DNA of 64,000 nt from Dehalococcoidia bacterium (lineage in GTDB: Bacteria > Chloroflexota > Dehalococcoidia > Lucifugimonadales > CAJWER01), in the NCBI GenBank assembly GCA_963666125.1, contig OY762633.1, positions 120,107 through 184,106 of the forward strand, read 5' to 3'. The notes under the pieces were generated by a model, which made no database searches, was not told the origin of the DNA, and saw only the letters and a program-made list of their open reading frames with translations. Shown here in pieces: positions 59,620-64,000 of this stretch; position 1 is the first letter of the stretch, and each line of letters opens with the position of its first letter. Both the position numbers and the translations under genes were made by a program.

Positions 59620-61374
59620 ATGCTGCGCATCCTTTGGCGGATAGTCAAGTACGCCCTCAGGCACAAGGTGCTGATCACCGTCACGTACACCGCGATGGCT
59701 GGGAGCATCGTCGCGCTGCTGATCATCCCGCGGCTGGTCGGGAGCGCTATCGACACGGCGCTGGAGAGCGGCTCCCGGACGGAGCTGCTCCTGCAGGCCG
59801 GCGCGATCGTGGCAATGGCGGCGGTACAGGGAGTGCTGCGCTACATCGACGAGTACACCGCGGAGATCGTAATACAGCGGGTCGGGCGGGAGATCCGGAC
59901 CGACATATTCCAGAAGCTACAGAGCCTCAGCTACGGCTTCCACGACAGGCAGCGCACCGGCGACCTGATGGCCAGGGCGACGGCGGACGTGGACTCGGTC
60001 AGGGTCTTTCCCATATGGGGGCTGGGCGAGTTCGCCTTCATGGCCATCCTGGTGGGCGCGGCCTCCATCCTCATGCTGACGATGAACCTCGCGCTGGGCC
60101 TGGCGACCATGGGCTTCATGGCGCTCGTCATATGGCGGTCGGCGGCGGACGTGCCGGTGATGGTGGGGCTGCACAGGCAGGGACAGGAGGCGATTGGCCG
60201 CACGGCCACGGTGGTGCAGGAGGCCCTCACCGGCATCAGGGTGGTCAAGGCCTTCGGCGGCCAGGCGCTGGAGCGAGCCAAGTTCGATGAGCCCGCCACC
60301 GATGCCAGAAACTACGGCACCGCGGCGTCGGCGAAGTCCTCGGTCCGCCAGTCCTTGAGCGCGCTGGTGATGAACGCCGCCATCATCACCGTCCTATCCC
60401 TGGGCGCGTACGAGGTATTGGCGGGCCGTCTCACGCCCGGCGAGATGGCGGCGTTCCTGCTGTACCTGGGCTTCCTGGCCCAGCCCATACGGTTCGCCGG
60501 TTTCGCGGTCGTGCAGGCGTCGAGCGCCCGGGCATCGGGCGAGCGCGTCTTCGACATACTCGACGCGGAGTCGCCGGTCGAGGAGCGGAGGGACGCGGTG
60601 TCCATGCCCCGTGCGGACGGCCATGTGCGTTTCGAGGGCGTCTCCTTCAGCTACGACGACCGGGTCCCGGCCCTGCACGACATAGACTTCGAGGTGCGGC
60701 CCGGGCAGATGGTCGCGCTACTGGGCGCGGCCGGCTCTGGCAAGACCTCCCTCGCACACCTCGTGCCGCGTTTCTACGACGTAACGCGCGGACGCGTCCT
60801 GGTAGACGGCCACGACGTCAGGGACGTGACCCTTGCGTCGCTGCGGGGCAACGTGGGGATCGTGCTCCAGGAGTCCTTCGCCTTCGCTTCGACCATCAGG
60901 GACAACATCGGCTACGGCCTCGACGACCCGGAGCTCGACGACATCGTCGCGGCGTCTAAGGTGGCGCAGCTCCACGACTTCGTGGACGGCCTGCCGGACG
61001 GGTACGACACGTGGGTCGGAGAGCGCGGCATAACGCTTTCGGGCGGTCAGCGGCAGCGGCTGGGCATAGCCAGGACGCTGCTCACGGACCCGCCCATCCT
61101 GATCCTGGACGACTCGACGTCCAGCGTGGACGTGGGGACCGAGTACAGGCTCCAGCAGGCGCTGTCGCAGGTCGTCGAGGGGCGCACCACGTTCGTGATA
61201 GCGCACCGGCTGTCCACCGTGCGGCGCGCCGACCTGGTGCTGGTGCTGGATGGCGGGCGGATCGTGGAGCGGGGTACCCACGAGGAGCTACTGGCGCTGG
61301 GCGGGTACTACCGGCGCATCCATGACCTGCAGCTTGCGCCCACAGGCGACGCGTCCGCGCGGGCGGGCGGGTAG
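59620..61374 (+). CDS. ABC exporter, fused permease/ATPase (heterodimer subunit A)
   Basis: GAAGSGKT, LSGGQRQR, ILDDSTS (degenerate Walker B), IAHRLST. Confidence 0.93.
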   Translation: MLRILWRIVKYALRHKVLITVTYTAMAGSIVALLIIPRLVGSAIDTALESGSRTELLLQAGAIVAMAAVQGVLRYIDEYTAEIVIQRVGREIRTDIFQKLQSLSYGFHDRQRTGDLMARATADVDSVRVFPIWGLGEFAFMAILVGAASILMLTMNLALGLATMGFMALVIWRSAADVPVMVGLHRQGQEAIGRTATVVQEALTGIRVVKAFGGQALERAKFDEPATDARNYGTAASAKSSVRQSLSALVMNAAIITVLSLGAYEVLAGRLTPGEMAAFLLYLGFLAQPIRFAGFAVVQASSARASGERVFDILDAESPVEERRDAVSMPRADGHVRFEGVSFSYDDRVPALHDIDFEVRPGQMVALLGAAGSGKTSLAHLVPRFYDVTRGRVLVDGHDVRDVTLASLRGNVGIVLQESFAFASTIRDNIGYGLDDPELDDIVAASKVAQLHDFVDGLPDGYDTWVGERGITLSGGQRQRLGIARTLLTDPPILILDDSTSSVDVGTEYRLQQALSQVVEGRTTFVIAHRLSTVRRADLVLVLDGGRIVERGTHEELLALGGYYRRIHDLQLAPTGDASARAGG

Positions 61375-61376
61375 TC

Positions 61377-63194
61377 GTGGCCGGGAGCCAGTCAGTGGAA
61401 GACCGCAGGTCGGAGTACATCCGGCTCGACGATACGGCCGAGGTGGGCCGCTTCGAGACGGTCAGGACCGTGCTGAGGCTGCTGGGACTGCTGGGCTCGT
61501 ACAAGCGGCGGGCCGCCGTAGCGATGGCCATCGACACGGTGCACATCTTCACGCTCGTCGCCATCCCGTGGGTCATCAGGCTGCTCATAGACGACTACGT
61601 CACCGAGGGCAGGCCCGTCTCCGAGATGGTGCGTCCCCTGGCCCTGCTCGCCGGACTGGCGCTTGCCCAGTATGTTTCCCAGCGCGCGAGCAGCGTGATG
61701 TTGGCCACGCTGGGCCACCGTCTGCTGTACGACATGCGGACGGCCATATTCGACCAGCTTCTGCGGCTGTCGATGACCTTCTACGACCGCAACCAGGTGG
61801 GCCGGGTGATGTCACGGGCCCAGAACGACGTGCAGCAGGTCCAGGGCGTGATGAACATCGGCTGGCTGGCCATATCGGAGACGTTCATCCTGGCGGGCGT
61901 CGCCGTGGGAATGCTGGCAATGGACCTTCGCCTCGGCGTCCTGTCCCTGGTCACGGTGGTGCTGATATTCCCGGTGGTGATCTTCTGGCAGAAGTTCGCG
62001 CGGGCCGCCTACGTCAGGGCCCGCCAGACGATGGCCGACGTGAACGCCAGGCTACAGGAGAACCTGACCGCGGTCCGCGTAGTCCAGAGCCTGGGACGGG
62101 AGCAGGCGAACCTCCGGAGCTTCGACGAGGCGAACAGGGCGAGCGAGAAGGCCAGCATCGAGGCGACGAAGTTCGGCGCGGCACTCATGCCGTCGGTCGA
62201 AGCCCTCAACGCCATAGGCCTGGCGCTGGTGGTGTCGATAGGCGGAATGCTGGCGCTGGGCGGCTCCATCGAGGTGGGGGTGCTGGTGGCCTTCACGCTG
62301 TACATCACCCGGTTCTTCGAGCCGGTCGAGAGGTTGACGAGCCAGTACAACGTGCTGCAGCGCGCCATCGTCTCCACCTCGCGCATCTTCGAGATCATGG
62401 ACATACGGCCCCTGTTACAGGACAGGCCCGGTGCGCCGGCCATGCCGCCCGTGAAGGGCGCGATACGGTACGAGGGGGTGGACTTCCACTACTTCGAGGA
62501 CACGCCGGTTCTGCGCGGAGTCGACCTGCGGATCGAACCCGGCGAGACGGTCGCTCTCGTCGGGCCGACGGGCGCGGGCAAGACGACGCTCGTCTCCCTG
62601 CTCATGCGCTTCTACGACGTGAAGGCGGGCAGGATCACGTTGGACGGCCACGACCTGCGCGACGTGACACTGGACTCGCTGTCGCGCCAGATGGGGGTCG
62701 TGCTCCAGGAGCCGCACCTGTTCGCGGGCACGGTCGCCGAGAATATCAGGTACTGTCACACGGATGCGCCGGACGAGGCCATGTTCCGTGCCGCCCGCGC
62801 CGTGGGCATCCACGACTTCATCACGGGGCTGGAGAAGGGCTACGACACGACCATCGAGGAGGGCGGCAGCAACCTCAGTGTCGGCCAGCGGCAGCTGATG
62901 AGCTTCGCCCGGGCTCTGGTTGCCGACCCCAGGATCCTCATCCTGGACGAGGCCACCGCCAACATCGACACGGAGAGCGAGGTGCTGGTGCAGCGGGCCC
63001 TGAAGGAGCTGCTGAGGGACCGCACGGCGGTGGTCATAGCCCACCGGCTATCGACCATACGGGACGCCGACCGCATCGTCGCACTGGAGGACGGCCGGGT
63101 GGTGGAGCAGGGGACACACGCCCAGCTTGCCAAGAACGCCGGGCTGTACGCCAGGCTCCTCTCCTACAGCGACGCATCCACAGGCGAGACATAG
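61377..63194 (+). CDS. ABC exporter, fused permease/ATPase (heterodimer subunit B)
   Basis: GPTGAGKTT, LSVGQRQL, ILDEATAN, IAHRLST. Confidence 0.93.
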   Translation: MAGSQSVEDRRSEYIRLDDTAEVGRFETVRTVLRLLGLLGSYKRRAAVAMAIDTVHIFTLVAIPWVIRLLIDDYVTEGRPVSEMVRPLALLAGLALAQYVSQRASSVMLATLGHRLLYDMRTAIFDQLLRLSMTFYDRNQVGRVMSRAQNDVQQVQGVMNIGWLAISETFILAGVAVGMLAMDLRLGVLSLVTVVLIFPVVIFWQKFARAAYVRARQTMADVNARLQENLTAVRVVQSLGREQANLRSFDEANRASEKASIEATKFGAALMPSVEALNAIGLALVVSIGGMLALGGSIEVGVLVAFTLYITRFFEPVERLTSQYNVLQRAIVSTSRIFEIMDIRPLLQDRPGAPAMPPVKGAIRYEGVDFHYFEDTPVLRGVDLRIEPGETVALVGPTGAGKTTLVSLLMRFYDVKAGRITLDGHDLRDVTLDSLSRQMGVVLQEPHLFAGTVAENIRYCHTDAPDEAMFRAARAVGIHDFITGLEKGYDTTIEEGGSNLSVGQRQLMSFARALVADPRILILDEATANIDTESEVLVQRALKELLRDRTAVVIAHRLSTIRDADRIVALEDGRVVEQGTHAQLAKNAGLYARLLSYSDASTGET

Positions 63195-63239
63195 TACGCA
63201 TCTGGCATAATGGGCGCCTAGGACCTACGAGGTGACGCC

Positions 63240-63295
63240 ATGCTGGCCTACATCGCCAGGAGAATCGTGCTGGGAATCCTGACGTTCCTGGCTTC
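63240..63295 (+). pseudogene. 5' remnant of a DppB/OppB-type ABC permease gene
   Basis: GAGGTG RBS then MLAYIARRIVLGILTFL, after which the sequence turns AT-rich and similarity ends (stop at 63392). Confidence 0.55.
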
Positions 63296-63384
63296 AGATG
63301 TTGACTCAAGTATTGGAAGTATCAAAGATTCTGGTGTTTCAATCTGGCGTACGACTAGAATCCCAAGATACCGGAGGCACTCTC

Positions 63385-64000
63385 ATGAATAGGACGCGGG
63401 CATTGACGGGATTGATGCTGCTAGGCCTTATAGGCGCCGTGCTGATGGCCTGCACGACGCCTACGTCGGCCCTGACCCCGACCCCTGTTGAAATCGTTGT
63501 GACTGCAAATCCAACAGCTACTCAGGCCATCATTCTGGCGACACGGACGCCCCGGGTAAAGAACACGCCTACGGCAACTCCAATACCGACAGCGACACCG
63601 ACACCCTGGGTCAAGAACACGCCTACGCCTTTCCCGACTCCGGTTGTTATCGCTCTGACTGCGATTCCAATACCGACATCTACGGCAACGCCTCTTCCTG
63701 CGACAGCAACAGCAGTGGCGATACTCGACTCCTACAAGGCGACAGCAACAGCAGTGGCGATACTCGACTCCTACAAGGCGACAGCAACAGCAGTAGCGAT
63801 ACGTAATCGGGCCACAGATACCACGTGGGCAGCAAGGGGGGCGACTCCGACTCCTACTGTGCCACCTGTCCGTGTCCTACCGACACCCTTCGTACCGACC
63901 CCAACCCCGTCCATGGCCGAAGAGGTTGCTATCCCTATCCCTATCGCTGATAGCGAAATTGATACTGCGCGTGAGTATGCGCTTTCCCTAATAAACGATG
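63385..64000 (+). CDS. Pro/Thr-rich lipoprotein, 3'-truncated by window edge (possibly entering a CAP/SCP domain)
   Basis: GGAGG RBS, MNRTRALTGLMLLGLIGAVLMAC lipobox, open to 64000, ends REYALSLIND. Confidence 0.7.
   Translation, partial: MNRTRALTGLMLLGLIGAVLMACTTPTSALTPTPVEIVVTANPTATQAIILATRTPRVKNTPTATPIPTATPTPWVKNTPTPFPTPVVIALTAIPIPTSTATPLPATATAVAILDSYKATATAVAILDSYKATATAVAIRNRATDTTWAARGATPTPTVPPVRVLPTPFVPTPTPSMAEEVAIPIPIADSEIDTAREYALSLIND
63700..63802 (+). repeat. 39-bp coding tandem repeat x2.6 (ATATAVAILDSYK)
   Basis: GCGACAGCAACAGCAGTGGCGATACTCGACTCCTACAAG twice exactly, then a partial copy. Confidence 0.9.

Noticed and set aside
60718..61140. Degenerate Walker B (LDD) as an inactivated ABC transporter
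   Set aside because: Normal asymmetry of heterodimeric exporters; the partner has the canonical LDE

Overview
High-GC bacterial chromosome segment. Gene content (Pro/Thr-rich lipoproteins, Uma2 expansion, F420-type PPOX, DUF1800/DUF1501, stand-alone tRNA-Ile) suggests Chloroflexota, possibly Dehalococcoidia/SAR202-like; this is inference only. Housekeeping and metabolic genes: peptide ABC permeases, amidase, dehydrogenases, GGT, methylmalonyl-CoA mutase, fba/fbp, aspS, folE, tmk, pdxST, three tRNAs. Most notable: (i) a hidden selenoprotein, a TlpA-like lipoprotein split by an in-frame UGA in a W-U-P-V-C motif with a SECIS-like hairpin; (ii) an MfnB-family aldolase fused to a TusA-like domain behind a DapA-family gene; (iii) three near-identical tandem Uma2 nucleases with variable coiled-coil tails; (iv) a tRNA-Ser-adjacent type I R-M locus interwoven with other modules (antitoxin-like tail on HsdM, nucleotidyltransferase-HsdS fusion, NDT/TIR-like cargo gene with an in-frame UGA near its apparent start, RAYT carrying its own REP doublets in frame, vapBC pair overlapping hsdR); (v) two further families of short intergenic repeats. 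All family assignments come from motif recognition by eye; no searches were run.
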